Part shown: piece by piece, positions 1 through 13,979 of the stretch
Layout: every line of letters begins with the position of its first letter
How positions within the stretch are numbered: the stretch's first letter is position 1
Source: Octopus vulgaris
Taxonomy: Eukaryota
Length of the DNA stretch: 64,000 nucleotides
Assembly (NCBI GenBank): GCA_951406725.2
Contig: OX597826.1
Coordinates: 70,122,001-70,186,000 of the forward strand
Direction: 5' to 3'
Position numbers and translations under genes: made by a program
The notes under the pieces: generated by a model
Database searches by the model: none
What the model was told of the DNA's origin: nothing
What the model saw: only the letters and a program-made list of their open reading frames with translations

Positions 1-2
1 AT

Positions 3-33
<31 letters not shown>

Positions 34-100
34 ACTGTTGCTGCTGCTGCTGCTGCTGGTGCTGTTGCTGCTGCTGCTGCTGCTAGTGGTGGTGGTGTTG
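1..100. repeat. (CTG)n/(GTG)n trinucleotide microsatellite
   Basis: Direct: gctgctgct... grading into ggtggtggt. Confidence 0.95.
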
Positions 101-239
101 ATGTTGGCGTTACAATTGCTGTGGCTGTTATTTATTTGAATGTTTGTTGTTCTGCTACAACCGAGAAAAGATCTGAAAGAAAATATAATCCTCTCATGCT
201 AGGAAAAGTTGTCAAAAAAAAAAGAAAGAAAAAATTCGT

Positions 240-241
240 TT

Positions 242-276
<35 letters not shown>

Positions 277-342
277 ATCACGTATTTTATATATATATCT
301 CTCTCTATATATATATATATAATACGTGATACACACATGCAT

Positions 343-415
<73 letters not shown>

Positions 416-537
416 TGCATGTATGTGTGTCTGTTTTTTTTCCTTCGATGGGAGGTGTAAAGTTAACAGTGCTGTATAGTTAAGCTGCACAATTATGCAT
501 GCGTTTACGTTTGTCGTGTGTGCGTATATGTATATGT

Positions 538-591
<54 letters not shown>

Positions 592-673
592 CCGGGAGTA
601 AAGAGTCAATGCTCTGAACCAGATAAGTAGTGAAGCACACAGACACACACACACACACCAACAAACACACATG

Positions 674-705
<32 letters not shown>

Positions 706-1453
706 GAGAGACGGACAGGCAGACACACATACACATACAGATACAGACAAGCGCTCACACAGAACTACACACACGCAATGCTCACAGGTACAACATACAA
801 CAGACACACACACACACACACAGGCACACACACGCATACATCCGCATACGCTCACACACAGACACGCACACACATACACATACGCGCACACACGTACACA
901 GTACTCTCATAAACACATTACGCTACACACAAACACAACACAACAAAGAGCGCAACAAGTGAAAACCCATTCTCCCATTCACAGGCGCTGCTATTCTCCT
1001 CCCACTACAACCATTACTACTGCTTCTCCCATTCATACACTATCCTCCCCCCTCTCTCTCATTGTCTTTCATATTGCACTTCCTCGCTCGCTCTTTCACT
1101 CTCTCCCTACCTTTCTATCTGTCACTCTGTCACTCTGTCACTCTCTCTCTCTCTCTCTTGTATTCTTACTATATCTCTTCTTCTCTCCTAGCTACCTGTT
1201 CCACTTCTCCTTTTCCTTCTCCACACAGCATTACTTACTATCATCCCTGCATTTCTTCATCGTATTTGTTTCTTCTTCTTCTTCTTCTTCTTCTTCTTCT
1301 TCTTCTTCTTCTTCTTCTTCTTCTTCTTCTTCTTCTTCTTCTTCTATTCATCCCCCTTCCCATTTCACCTTGTGCTTATTTTCGACCCTTTTCTTCCTCG
1401 CCCCACCACCACTACTTAGCCTTTCCATAATTTCACACCATCCCCTTACTACA

Positions 1454-1488
<35 letters not shown>

Positions 1489-1807
1489 GACCAAGTGTAC
1501 GTCTCACTCAAGTCACCACCACCACCATCTCCCTCTCCATTACAGAGTATCGTTCTCTTTAATCTATATATCTTTGTCGTCGTCTTCATTCTCCTTTACT
1601 CACCTCAACGTCCGTCGCTCTCTCACTCACACACACACACACGTATGTACATACTCGCACACACACACACACGCGCGCGCACACACACAGATACACACAC
1701 ACATACTTTTTCCCAGGGTAGTCTCTGTACCTCTTCGCTTCCTTGCCTTTCCCCGCTGACTGTCCTAAATCTTTCTCATTCATATTTTTCCTTCCTTACA
1801 CTCGAGG

Positions 1808-1846
<39 letters not shown>

Positions 1847-2040
1847 ACAAGACACAAACACATTGAGAAACACTACATACACACACACACACACATCTCC
1901 AACATTACGTCCACCCTCCCTCCACCTTATATCTAACTCACTCTCCTCTCCCTTCTCCCATCTCTCATCGACTCACTCCCTCACTCACTCACACACTCAT
2001 TCACTCACTCCCTCATTCACTCACTCTCTTTCTCTCTCAC
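240..2040. repeat. Compound microsatellite field (TA, CA, GA, TTC, CTA)
   Basis: Direct: pure (TTC)n 1270-1345, (CTA)n ~1450-1490, several (CA)n and (CT)n runs. Confidence 0.95.
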
Positions 2041-2374
2041 TCTATTTCCTTAATCCCATAGCTTAGTGTTCGCCGTACCAGCAAGAGATAAGCTTCTAAA
2101 GCTCCTTGTGAGCCGAGTCGGCGACCCAGTTTCGTTTCTCCGTTTATCCATATCACTTCACCTATGTCGATTGTCATTGCCACTATCCTCTAAAACTGCA
2201 TGAAAGCCTCTCCATCTCTCGTTCCCTCATCGTTCAACTGTGACATCCGTCTTCTTTCTTTTATTTTCCTTCTTTTTTCTTTCACACCTTCTAATCATTC
2301 TTTGTTCGCTTTTTTCCTCGTCCCCTTTCTAATTCTCTCTCTTTCCTCTTGTCTTTTTAATTCTTTTTAATCAC

Positions 2375-2413
2375 GTATCTATTTCTCTATCTGTCTGTCT
2401 GTCTATCTGTTTG

Positions 2414-2474
<61 letters not shown>

Positions 2475-2556
2475 TTATCTATCTATCATCTATCTATCTA
2501 TCTCTCTATCTCTCTCTCTCTCTATCTGTCTATCTATCTATCTATATATCTATCTA

Positions 2557-2599
<43 letters not shown>

Positions 2600-2953
2600 A
2601 TCTATCTATCTATCTATCCATCGATCAATCGATTATCTGACATTTCCTTATATCTGCATTTCTTTTTTCTTGCAGTTTTCTTATTTGATATCTACACACA
2701 CACGCAACACACACACACACGCATTCACATATATACACATAAATATATTACACACACACACGCACTCTCAAATACACGTAAATATGTCTGAGTATGTGTG
2801 TATGTGTATGTATGCGTGTATTTGTGTTATGCATGTGTGTATGTGCATACACATCAGCATTATATACCTTATGGTTCTATATGCATACAGACAAGCACAC
2901 ACACACGCACGCACACAAATATATAGACAGACAGACAGACAGACAGACAGACT

Positions 2954-3002
<49 letters not shown>

Positions 3003-3011
3003 GTAGGTAGG

Positions 3012-3062
<51 letters not shown>

Positions 3063-3159
3063 GTAGGTAGGTAGGTAGGTAGGTAGGTAGGTAGATAGAT
3101 AGATAGGTAGGTAGGTAGGTAGGTAGGTAGGTAGGTAGGTAGGTAGGTAGGTAGGTAGG

Positions 3160-3232
<73 letters not shown>

Positions 3233-3260
3233 GGACAGGCAGACAGACAGATTAGTAGGT
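2375..3260. repeat. (TATC)n and (GATA)n/(GGTA)n tetranucleotide microsatellites
   Basis: Direct: (tatc)n 2410-2620; (gata)/(ggta) 2955-3230. Confidence 0.95.
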
Positions 3261-3672
3261 AGATTTTTTAATTTCTCCTCTTTATTTTCTTTACATAATT
3301 TTCTTTCGTTGTTTTCCTCTCGCCTGTATAATTTTCTTCTCCATTTCTGTTTTCATTCTTATCTCTTTCAACATTGTTATTATCTCCTCTTCCTCTCTAT
3401 TCATTCCTCCATCCCTTTCTTCTTCTATATCTTTTACCCTCTCTTCCTCACTTAGTCCTTTCACCTTATTCCCGATTGCTTTATTTCTTTATTTTCTTCT
3501 TTTCCTCAATTTACTTCTCTTTCTTTGTCTCTCTCTCTTTTCCTCCTTATTTATTGTACACTTGTGTATTTTACTCTTTTCCTTCCTTGGAATCTATCTT
3601 ATCTTCATACTTCTCTCTCTACTTATCTATCTATCTCTCCCCTCTATCTATCTATCTACTTCTCTCTCTCTC

Positions 3673-3709
<37 letters not shown>

Positions 3710-4461
3710 AGAAATAGATAGATATGTATGTATATATCTTTATTTACACACTCTCTTTACTCTTTTACCTAAAATACTCTTTATCACTCTTTCTATTCAC
3801 TCGTCTTTCCTACCCTGTCTCTCTTTTCCTCACTCTCTCTATTCAATTACTCTTTCTGTTTCTCTATCTCTCTCTCTCTCTCACTTCATTTCCTACTCCT
3901 TCTCTTTCTCCTGCGTCTCCCTTCTTCTCCCTTTACTTTTTTTCTTCTTCTTCTTTCATGTAACTCCAAGTCACGAACGAAGGCAAGGGAGGAACACAGG
4001 AGGTGGTGGTATATCCCTCCGCTCATAGTAAACAATGTGCCTGTTCACTTCTTTAACCAATGCCGGGTACAACAAACCACCAGACCACCATAACACACAC
4101 AAAAAAAAAAAAGCAAAATTGATTCCGTATAGAGTTTATTTTTAAATAAAATGGAGAAACTATGTCAGAAAGTAGATGAAACAAGTCTGAAACTTCAAAA
4201 GATTTCCATTACACCCGGTTTTACTTTGCTGCTAAGTTGCCATGAGTAAATTCTGTTTGATCGTTCTGTAATAACAGCGACTTAATTTCTATAGCGGAGG
4301 TACGGAAGGGTTTGCTATACGGTGCCGCGTTTTCTTAATTTTATTTATTCATTTATTTTATTTATTATCTATTATTTATTATTTATTATTTATTATTGTT
4401 TATATCTTGTTAGCTTGATTTTTATATTAATTATTACTTTTCTCTGTATTTCTTACGAAAC

Positions 4462-4900
<439 letters not shown>

Positions 4901-4939
4901 ATAGGTAGATAACAGAGGCGCATGGATATACCTTTCTGT

Positions 4940-5150
4940 GATGTTAAGCCAGAGGTCAGGCCTGACAGAACACACCTGCAGTCAGAAGCGCTCTAGTCAT
5001 GACCATTCCGTCTAATTAATTATATATCAAGTACTGCAATTTTCTGATATGACCTTTTCTGATATTGCAGGACGTGATTTGAGGGAAAATTTGAGAAATT
5101 TGACTGCTATTTCTAGCCGATCTAACTACGCTTAGAGATTTCATCTTTGG
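4940..5150 (-). mobile_element. Old dispersed retroposon (family D), minus-strand copy
   Basis: catgaccattccgtc ... gtgatttgagggaaaatttg ... ctgctatttctagc is the reverse complement of the family D motif chain seen at 12100-12880 and 17960-18150. Confidence 0.65.
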
Positions 5151-5199
5151 TTTGTTCTCTCTCCAACGTTTTGCGTATTATTCGAGGCAATATATTTTA

Positions 5200-5279
5200 T
5201 CTATCAATCTATCTACCTATCGATAGATAGAGATAGATAGATAAATAGATAGATAGATAGATAGGTATAGATAGGTAGG

Positions 5280-5358
<79 letters not shown>

Positions 5359-5754
5359 GCAGGAGACTATCACTCTTCCTCGTTTTTTCTCTCGTTCTTC
5401 CTGACTTTTCGCTTTATTCTCTATTGATTGCCTTCAATGCCAATCTCTCATCTCTCTCTCTCTCTCTCACTGACGTCTCTTATTTTTCTTACACACACAC
5501 ACACACAAACTCGTTTACCTTCTTAACTTTACTCTCCCTTCTCAATCAATCTTCTCTCCTTTTGTTTTCCAGTTTTTTTATCCTTTACTCATACACACAC
5601 ATACATACATACATGCATACATACATACATACGTACATACATACATACATACATACATACATACATACATACATACATACATACATACATTTAAACAGTG
5701 AGCAAACACTTACTCTCTCTTTTACACAATCTTTCTGTCTCTCTGTCTCACTCT

Positions 5755-5790
<36 letters not shown>

Positions 5791-6014
5791 TTTTTCATCT
5801 CTCTGTCCCTCCTCTTCCTTTCTCTCTGCCTCCCTCCCCTCTCTCTTTTTATAAATATATATATCTGTGTGTGTATGTGCATGTACACACATACGTGTAC
5901 ACACATATACATATATATGTGCATGTGTGCATGTATATGCATGTATATATACGCGTGTATATATATATACGTATACATATGTATACACAAACTCCCGCAC
6001 AGATACGAACACAA

Positions 6015-6110
<96 letters not shown>

Positions 6111-7013
6111 GTGTATATATATGCAGCTCGTTCCGTCTATTTCGTCAGTGTTAATCCAGAACCACGTTGAGTCGGACCGCATTCGCGTTACATGTAGCGT
6201 CCAGCTCTCTTTCTCTCTCTCTCACTCTCTATCTCTATCTGTCTATCTATCTCTTACTCTCTATGTCTCTATCTATCTCGCTTGCTATTACTCTGTCTCT
6301 GTCTCTTTCTCTTTCTCTTTCTCTCTCTCTCTCTCCTTCTCAATTACTATTTTTCTTTTAAATCTCCCAATTCTTTATTTTATTTCTAATCACCCCTCCT
6401 CACCCGTTTTTTGCTTGTATTCGTTGTTTTTTTTCACACTTCTCACACGGATATAGAGGGGTATGTGTATGGCTGTATATATGTATCTGTATATTTGTGT
6501 GTGTGTATGTGCATGTTTGTGCGTGCGTATTTATGTGAGTGTGTGTGTGTATGTGTCTGTGTGAGTGTACACAGCGTAAACACAATTCAACAGCCACACG
6601 CTTTCAATACACACACACATATATACATATACAGGCAGTGCAGTACAATACCCCATGTACACACACACGCACACACACATATATATATAGTGTATGCATG
6701 TGTGTAGATATGAGTGTGTGTGTGCGCGCGCGTATGTCTACTGCAGTACTGCAACCCCTCTACAAAAATATACCAAGCTACCACACACACCCTTCTTTCT
6801 TCCTTTCTTTCTTTCATTATATACATAATCATACATACATACACATACATGCATGCATACATACATACATACATACATACATACATACATACATACATGC
6901 ATACATACATTAGATACATATATACATACATGCATACATATATACATATACACATGTGTATGTACATATAGATGCAAAAATCCATCTACATGTATATATA
7001 TACATATATACAT

Positions 7014-7045
<32 letters not shown>

Positions 7046-7393
7046 CCCTTTTATCTGCTTCCATCTTCCTCCCTTACCAAATTGTACCCTCTTGTTTTGA
7101 TGCAAAGTTTGTGTATGTGTATGTATAATGAATGTATATGCCTGTATATTTGTATGTTGGTATATTTACGTTAAAGCGTGTACGTGTATGTTGTGTGTAT
7201 GTGTATGTAGTTATGTGTGTGTGTGTGTCTTTATTCGTAAAGGGTGTGGTTGTATGCGAGTATTCACGAACACGGATCAACGCACGCACGCACACGCGCT
7301 GCATCACTCACTGGGAGCGTATGTTTATGATATGTGAGTGTGCAAAACGGGTGCATTAACCTCGTGTATACACCACCACCATTCTTACTACTG

Positions 7394-7471
<78 letters not shown>

Positions 7472-8750
7472 TATCTGTCTGTCTGCCTGTCTATCTATCT
7501 ATCATATATCGATATGTATGTATGTGTGTATGTATGTATGTATGTATGTATGTATGTATGTATGTATGTATGTATGTATGTATGTATGTATGTATGCATG
7601 CATGTAGGTGTGTATGTATGTATGTGTTGTATGCCTGTATGTATGCATGTAGGTGTGTATGTATGCATATATGTATGTGTGTATATATGCCTCACCTACG
7701 TTTGTGTGCATGCATGTATGTATGTTTGTATGTATGTATATATGTATGTACGTACGAACGTATATATGTATGTATGTATGTATGTATGTGTGTGTATGTA
7801 TGTATGTATGTATGTATGTGTGTGTATGTATGTATGTATGTATGTATGTATGTGTGTATGTATGTATGTATGTATGTATGTATGTATGTATGTATGTATG
7901 TATGTATGTATATGTATATATGTATGTATGTCTTGTACACTAAGGATTCTATTTGTGTCGATCTGGCAAGGTATTACATCTGTTTTCTACAAAACACCCG
8001 CACACAGACATACATACACACAACTTACACATACAAACACAACATGCACACACTCACACACATATATAGAGGCGTGCACGCACATATAAACATACACAAT
8101 ATAACCTTATAACATACACGCCACATAATACATATATATATATATATATATACATACGTACGTACATGCATACAGATGTACACACCCGTTTACTATTTCA
8201 TTCTGCAGCAGTTATTACGAAACGACACACAAACATACACACACATACATACATACATACATACATACATACATACACACATACACGCATACACACTTTT
8301 ACTCTCACGCATATATACATACGTTCATTCACATGCACATATGCACACACACATACATACATACACACACACATATACACACACACGTTCATACACATAC
8401 TCTCACGCATACATACATACTTACATTCACTCACACGCACATATGCACACACTCACACACGCATGCATACATACATACATACACACACACACATACACAT
8501 ACGCATATACTCTCACGCATATATACATACATACATTCACTCACACGCACATATGCACACACTGACACACGCATACATACATACATACATACATACATAC
8601 ATACATACATACATACATACATACATACACACGCACATACACATTCACTCACACGCATACATACATCAACTCACGCACATACACATATACACATTCACTC
8701 ACACGTATACACACACACACACATGCACGCACAAACACACGTGCATATAC
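5200..8750. repeat. Extended microsatellite field ((GATA)n, (CATA)n/(TATG)n, (CT)n, (CTA)n, degenerate CA-rich repeats)
   Basis: Direct reading; includes (cta)n 7386-7470 and (tatg)n 7510-7930. Confidence 0.95.
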
Positions 8751-8792
8751 ACACCATCACCATAACAATATCCTCTACTACCACCGGTACTA

Positions 8793-8986
8793 TCACAGAC
8801 AGTACCACTAAAATAACTTCACCAACACATCACCACTGGTACTACAACCTTACTCATGTATACATTACACTAACACTACCGCATATACTGCAGCACAACC
8901 CTGTGCACACAACCGATGATACTACAACACGCACTACAACACAATCCACAACTGCATTACACTACAGCACCACTGCCAATACTATA
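8793..8986 (+). repeat. ~190-bp direct repeat, copy 1
   Basis: acagtaccactaaaataact...ccaatactata recurs nearly identically at 10205-10398. Confidence 0.9.
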
Positions 8987-9274
8987 ACATACTCGAGTGC
9001 ACACTGTACTATGACAAGTACCACAACACACTGCTATGTAGAAACACTGTTATATACAACACAGAAATAGTAGACTTCACCACAACGGAAACCTCTACTA
9101 CTATAAAACACTACAGCACAACTACAACAGTACAACACCACTGGTACTTTAGCACATACCACTGACACTAAATGCAATACCCTATACAATATGACAATCG
9201 CCGGTACACACTACAGCACTGGTATTACAACACACGATCGCGTCACTAGCATCCGCTATACAACACTCCAACGG

Positions 9275-9358
9275 CTAAGTTGATCGCTTGACCTGCTAAA
9301 ATAGCAGCTAAATCTCCCTCAAATCAAACCCAATAATCTTGTTATTCATTTTCCGAAC

Positions 9359-9410
<52 letters not shown>

Positions 9411-9473
9411 CATGATGATGATGATGATGCTGATGATGATGATGATGATGATGACGACGACGACGACGACGAC

Positions 9474-9533
<60 letters not shown>

Positions 9534-9640
9534 GATGTTGACTATAAATATGAAAAATGAAACATGATGAGGCCTGGAACATTTTTTTATTATAGGTTTA
9601 TTGTATACTCGGTAGTGGACGACCTGTGGTTAAACAACAA
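9275..9640 (+). mobile_element. Family D retroposon interrupted by an (AAT)n(GAT)n(GAC)n(GGT)n microsatellite
   Basis: gacctgctaaaatagcagctaaatctccctcaaatc at ~9289-9325 and ggcctggaac...gacctgtggttaaacaacaa at ~9570-9640 flank the trinucleotide run 9359-9535. Confidence 0.7.
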
Positions 9641-9958
9641 TTTAAAAACAATTCTTTCGGCTTAACAAATGTACTGGTTACAAATACAGAACAGCCTCCT
9701 CACGCACCCCCACCCACCCCCACCGCAATGACAACACACACACACATACATTGTACTGGACACGAACCAGAACACAAGCTCACACGCACACACACACACA
9801 CACGCACGCACGCACACACGCACACACACATATACACACACAGAGACACCACCGGACATAATATAGACACACACATTGTTGCAACGAAACAGCACACATG
9901 CACACATACTCAATGACATAACGTACACACGTATATATACACACACACACCAACACTA

Positions 9959-9990
<32 letters not shown>

Positions 9991-9992
<2 letters not shown>

Positions 9993-10189
9993 TGCTATTT
10001 AAGAAGAGTGGTCCCGGTGCGCGCACTCGCGTACTCGCGCTAGTCGTGACTAGTCGATCTTTACTTTATGTTTTTGTTTTATTTACTTTGCTAGGGTAGT
10101 CGTTGTAGGATCGACTAGTCACGACTAGCTAGCGCGGATGCGCGAATACGCGAGTGCGCGCGCCGGGACCACTCTTCTTAAATAGTACC
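9991..10189. mobile_element. 199-bp foldback MITE with long TIRs inserted in (TA)n
   Basis: Left 43 nt ggtgctatttaagaagagtggtcccggtgcgcgcactcgcgta match the reverse complement of the right end at 41/43; inner 20-nt inverted repeat 10040-10059/10109-10128; (TA)n on both sides. Confidence 0.9.
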
Positions 10190-10204
10190 ATATATATATA
10201 TATG

Positions 10205-10398
10205 TCACATACAGTACCACTAAAATAACTTTACCAACACATCGCCACTGGTACTACAACATTACTCATGTACACATAACACTAACACTACCGCATATAC
10301 TGCAGCACAATCCTGTGTACACAACCAATGATACTACAACATGCACTACAACACAATCCACAACTGCATTACACTACAGTACCACTACCAATACTATA
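10205..10398 (+). repeat. ~190-bp direct repeat, copy 2
   Basis: Matches 8793-8986. Confidence 0.9.
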
Positions 10399-10505
10399 TA
10401 TATATATGTACATTGCTCACACAACTAGTCACAGCACAGAAAACGCAAACATACATAAAAGCATATTATACCCACGAACACATAAGCACCTACAAGCATG
10501 CATTT

Positions 10506-10564
<59 letters not shown>

Positions 10565-10825
10565 CACACACACACACACACACACTTGCATCCAAACACG
10601 CACACACGTACACAGAACAGTTTACTGCACACAGCACAACAAACATCGAAGCTGTCACAATACTCCGAAAAATTGTTCAAGAAAGCAAACACGAAGCTAA
10701 TAAATAAATTTCCCTCAAAACAACACACAACCATCTTTCAATAAATAAATAAAATAAAATAAATAAATAAATAAATAGGGAGACGGACGCATTAGACAAT
10801 GTATTCCGCTGAAATACGAAAAGAC

Positions 10826-11665
10826 GCGATGGTCATGGCCGGAACGATTTTAATCATAAGCGGTATGTATACCCAGTCAGTATTGATTGATCTTACATTG
10901 TTACAAAAAACTTCTCCACGGGATGGTCACGGCCGGGACCCCTTTGATCATAAACCGTTTGCTAGTCAGTGATCAACCTTGTATGATAACAAACTTCTCC
11001 ACAGGATGGTCACGGCCGGGACCCCTTTGATCATAAACCGTTTGCTAGTCAGTAATCAACCTTGCATTATAACAAACTTCTGCACAGGATGGTCACGGCT
11101 GGGACGCCTTTGATCACAAACCGTTTGCTAGTCAGTAATCAACCTTGTATTATAACAAACTTCTCCACAGGATGGTCACGGCTGGGACGCCTTTGATCAC
11201 AAACCGTTTGCTAGTCAGTAATCAACCTTGTATTATAACAAACTTCTCCACAGGATGGTCACGGCTGGGACGCATTTTTGATCATAAATCGTCTTCGTAA
11301 TCAATATTGATCTTATGTTACATTAAATAACTTCTCCACGGGTTGGTCATGGCCGGAACGTCTTTGACCATAAACCGTCTGCTCAGTCAGTATCGACCTT
11401 GCGTTATAACAAACAACTCCACGCAACGGTCATGGCTGGGACGCCTTTGATCATAAACCGTCCACTCAATCAGTATTGACTTCATGTGATAATAAACAAC
11501 TTCTCCATAGGAAGGGCATGGCCGGGCTGTCTTTGATCACAAACCGTTTGTTCATTTAGTATTAAACATTACGTCTTAACTTCTCCATGGGATGGTCACG
11601 GCCGGGACACTTTTGATCTTAAGTCGTCTGCTCAGTTACAACTGACCTTAAGGTTATTACAAAAA
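10826..11665 (+). repeat. 83-bp tandem minisatellite (~10 units) derived from the 3' end of family D
   Basis: ggatggtcacgg recurs at 10921, 11004, 11087, 11170, 11253 (exact period 83), with more diverged units near 10828, 11341, 11424, 11510 and 11589. Confidence 0.95.
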
Positions 11666-11828
11666 GGAAGAAAAAAACAAAAACTTCTATAAACAGCACT
11701 AAATAACGCCACATCACAAATGTTCTGAATGAAAGACGGGATGGTCATAGCTGGAACGTCCTTAGAAGAGAACCTGAATAAGGTTAATTAATTTCAGCGG
11801 TAATAATAAGCAATCGAACGACTGTGTG

Positions 11829-11869
<41 letters not shown>

Positions 11870-12059
11870 CTCTCTTTTCTCTCCACATCGTAGGACCACC
11901 AACCCTGGGCTATAACATACAACATATAAACGCATACATCGCCTTAACCACACACGCCATTACATTGCAGCGACGCCGCCATCTCCTTACAATACCCAAC
12001 AACATCAAACAACAACCATAGGAACGGTACACCACCTCCACCACCACTATCAGCAACTA

Positions 12060-12880
12060 GGAAAGGACACACCGTAATAATGTAGTGCTAGATATGCAAT
12101 ATCTGAAATTAGGACGAGATGGTCACGGTAAGAACGTCGTTGATCATTAGGTCGGCTGCAAGTTGAAGGTTAAACAACAAGTGTAACCGGACTACAATAC
12201 TGCAATGCTATAATGCTCCACCAGTGGCTACAATAAACTGCACAACACGTAAGATCATTGGCTGTAATGTGAGGTTCTATGTGGTTGTTCGATCTGTATG
12301 AAATAACAGTCAAATCTTCCCTCAAAGCATGCCCTGTTGTCTTAGTAAAAATGTCATGCTGGATATTGTTATGGTCCTATTTTCGTTGCATATATAGAGA
12401 AATACGACGGGTTGGTTAGACATGGAAAAGCTTCGATAAGAGATCAGCTCGTTAAAAACGAACCTGGGGTTAAACAGTAGCAAAAAACATTCCTAGCACA
12501 TAATACTACAGCATTAACGGAAAGATGCTAAAATATTTTCGCCACTGGCTATGATACATGACACTACAGGTACGACAATACATTGTCACTGGTTACAACA
12601 AACAACACAACACAACATAACACAGCACAACACAACACACCGATCCGTGCAGAGCCAAACGGGGAAGCCTGTCTTCTACGTAGGTCTTGCGGTTTGTTAG
12701 AAATAGCAGCTAAATCTCCTTAAATCACATTTAAAATAAATGAAGAACTTGTAGGATAATGTGGTCCGTGATATTCATTAAGAGTGAGGGTGGTCGCGAC
12801 TGGAACACCTTGGTTATAGGTCCGCTCGATCAGGTAATGATACGAGGTTGAATAATTGAATAACAGCGAAAACAACAACA
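12060..12880 (+). mobile_element. Cluster of 3 degenerate family D copies, same orientation
   Basis: Recurring tagaaatagcagctaaatctcc / gatggtcacgg / ggttaaacaacaa motifs at ~12060-12180, 12280-12480 and 12690-12880. Confidence 0.65.
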
Positions 12881-13468
12881 TACACGAGTAGTATAATAAT
12901 GTGTATACCACTGGCTATTATATACAACACAACACGAAAATGACCGGCTACAAAAAATAAACCCCGCTCCAACTGGGCTTCTTCGACTGACTGTCAACTA
13001 ACGAACACACAGACACAGAGATAGAGAGAGAAAGATAATCAAAGTGATATAGAGAGAGAGAGAGAAAGAGAGAGAGTAAGAGATAGAGATACTAACAGAG
13101 AGAGACTATAAGTTACATACACACACACACACACACCACTGATAGCAATACACACACACACACAGACACACACCACTGATTACGATACACTCGCATACAC
13201 ACAGACGTACACATACACACACACGCGCGCGCGCTTTAACCGCCGGCACTCATTCACTCATACATACCCGCACGCTTCTTTTCATTCACACACACGAACA
13301 CACACACATACACATACACACACAGACTACAACACACACATATTCTTTCGTTCTCTTTCTCTCTGTCTTTCCCTCACTGACACACATTCAGAGAAAGAGT
13401 AAGAGAAAGAGAAAGAGAGAGAGAGAGAAAGGAACAACTTCTCATTCACATACTCTTTCTTCACGCTT

Positions 13469-13500
<32 letters not shown>

Positions 13501-13568
13501 ACACACACACACACACAGAGAGAAAGAGAGAGAGATACGGCTAGTTTGCTTTTTTCCTTTCACTCATA

Positions 13569-13622
<54 letters not shown>

Positions 13623-13879
13623 TAGTGAGTAGCGGCTACTAACACACCCTCTTCACACACACACACACACACATTCACTTTCCTCACAGAGTGACGGACA
13701 GACCGACAGACCGACAGACCGACAGACAGACAGAGGTGGGCACTCACACCCTGCCTCTCTCTCTCTCTCTCTCTCACTCACTCACACACTATCTACTTCT
13801 CCCTTCCCACCGCACATTTTTACCCTCTAACTCTCCCCCTTCATTCATTCCTTCCCTCGCACACACTTTCTTTAGTTCT

Positions 13880-13911
<32 letters not shown>

Positions 13912-13973
13912 ATAAACTGATAGAGAGAGAGAGAGAAAGGGAGAGAGAGGAAGAGATAGTGCGGCGGACACTG

Positions 13974-13979
13974 TCAGTC
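13974..13979 (+). promoter_or_regulatory. Candidate initiator (TCAGTC) downstream of a GA-rich tract
   Basis: Matches the protostome Inr consensus TCAKTY; lies at the transition from a (GA)n tract to more complex sequence; inference only. Confidence 0.3.

Noticed and set aside
4236-4250. RFX X-box-like GTTGCCATGAGTAAA
   Set aside because: Imperfect single motif with no supporting promoter evidence
8750-9270. Thr-rich, mucin-like reading frame
   Set aside because: A by-product of ACT/ACA/CAC-rich low-complexity DNA; stops are present and there are no splice signals or signal peptide
9339-9560. Poly-Asn/poly-Asp ORF resembling an acidic biomineral protein
   Set aside because: A trinucleotide microsatellite lying inside a retroposon copy
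10826-11665. CRISPR-like array
   Set aside because: The whole 83-bp unit is repeated with no unique spacers; no cas genes; eukaryotic context
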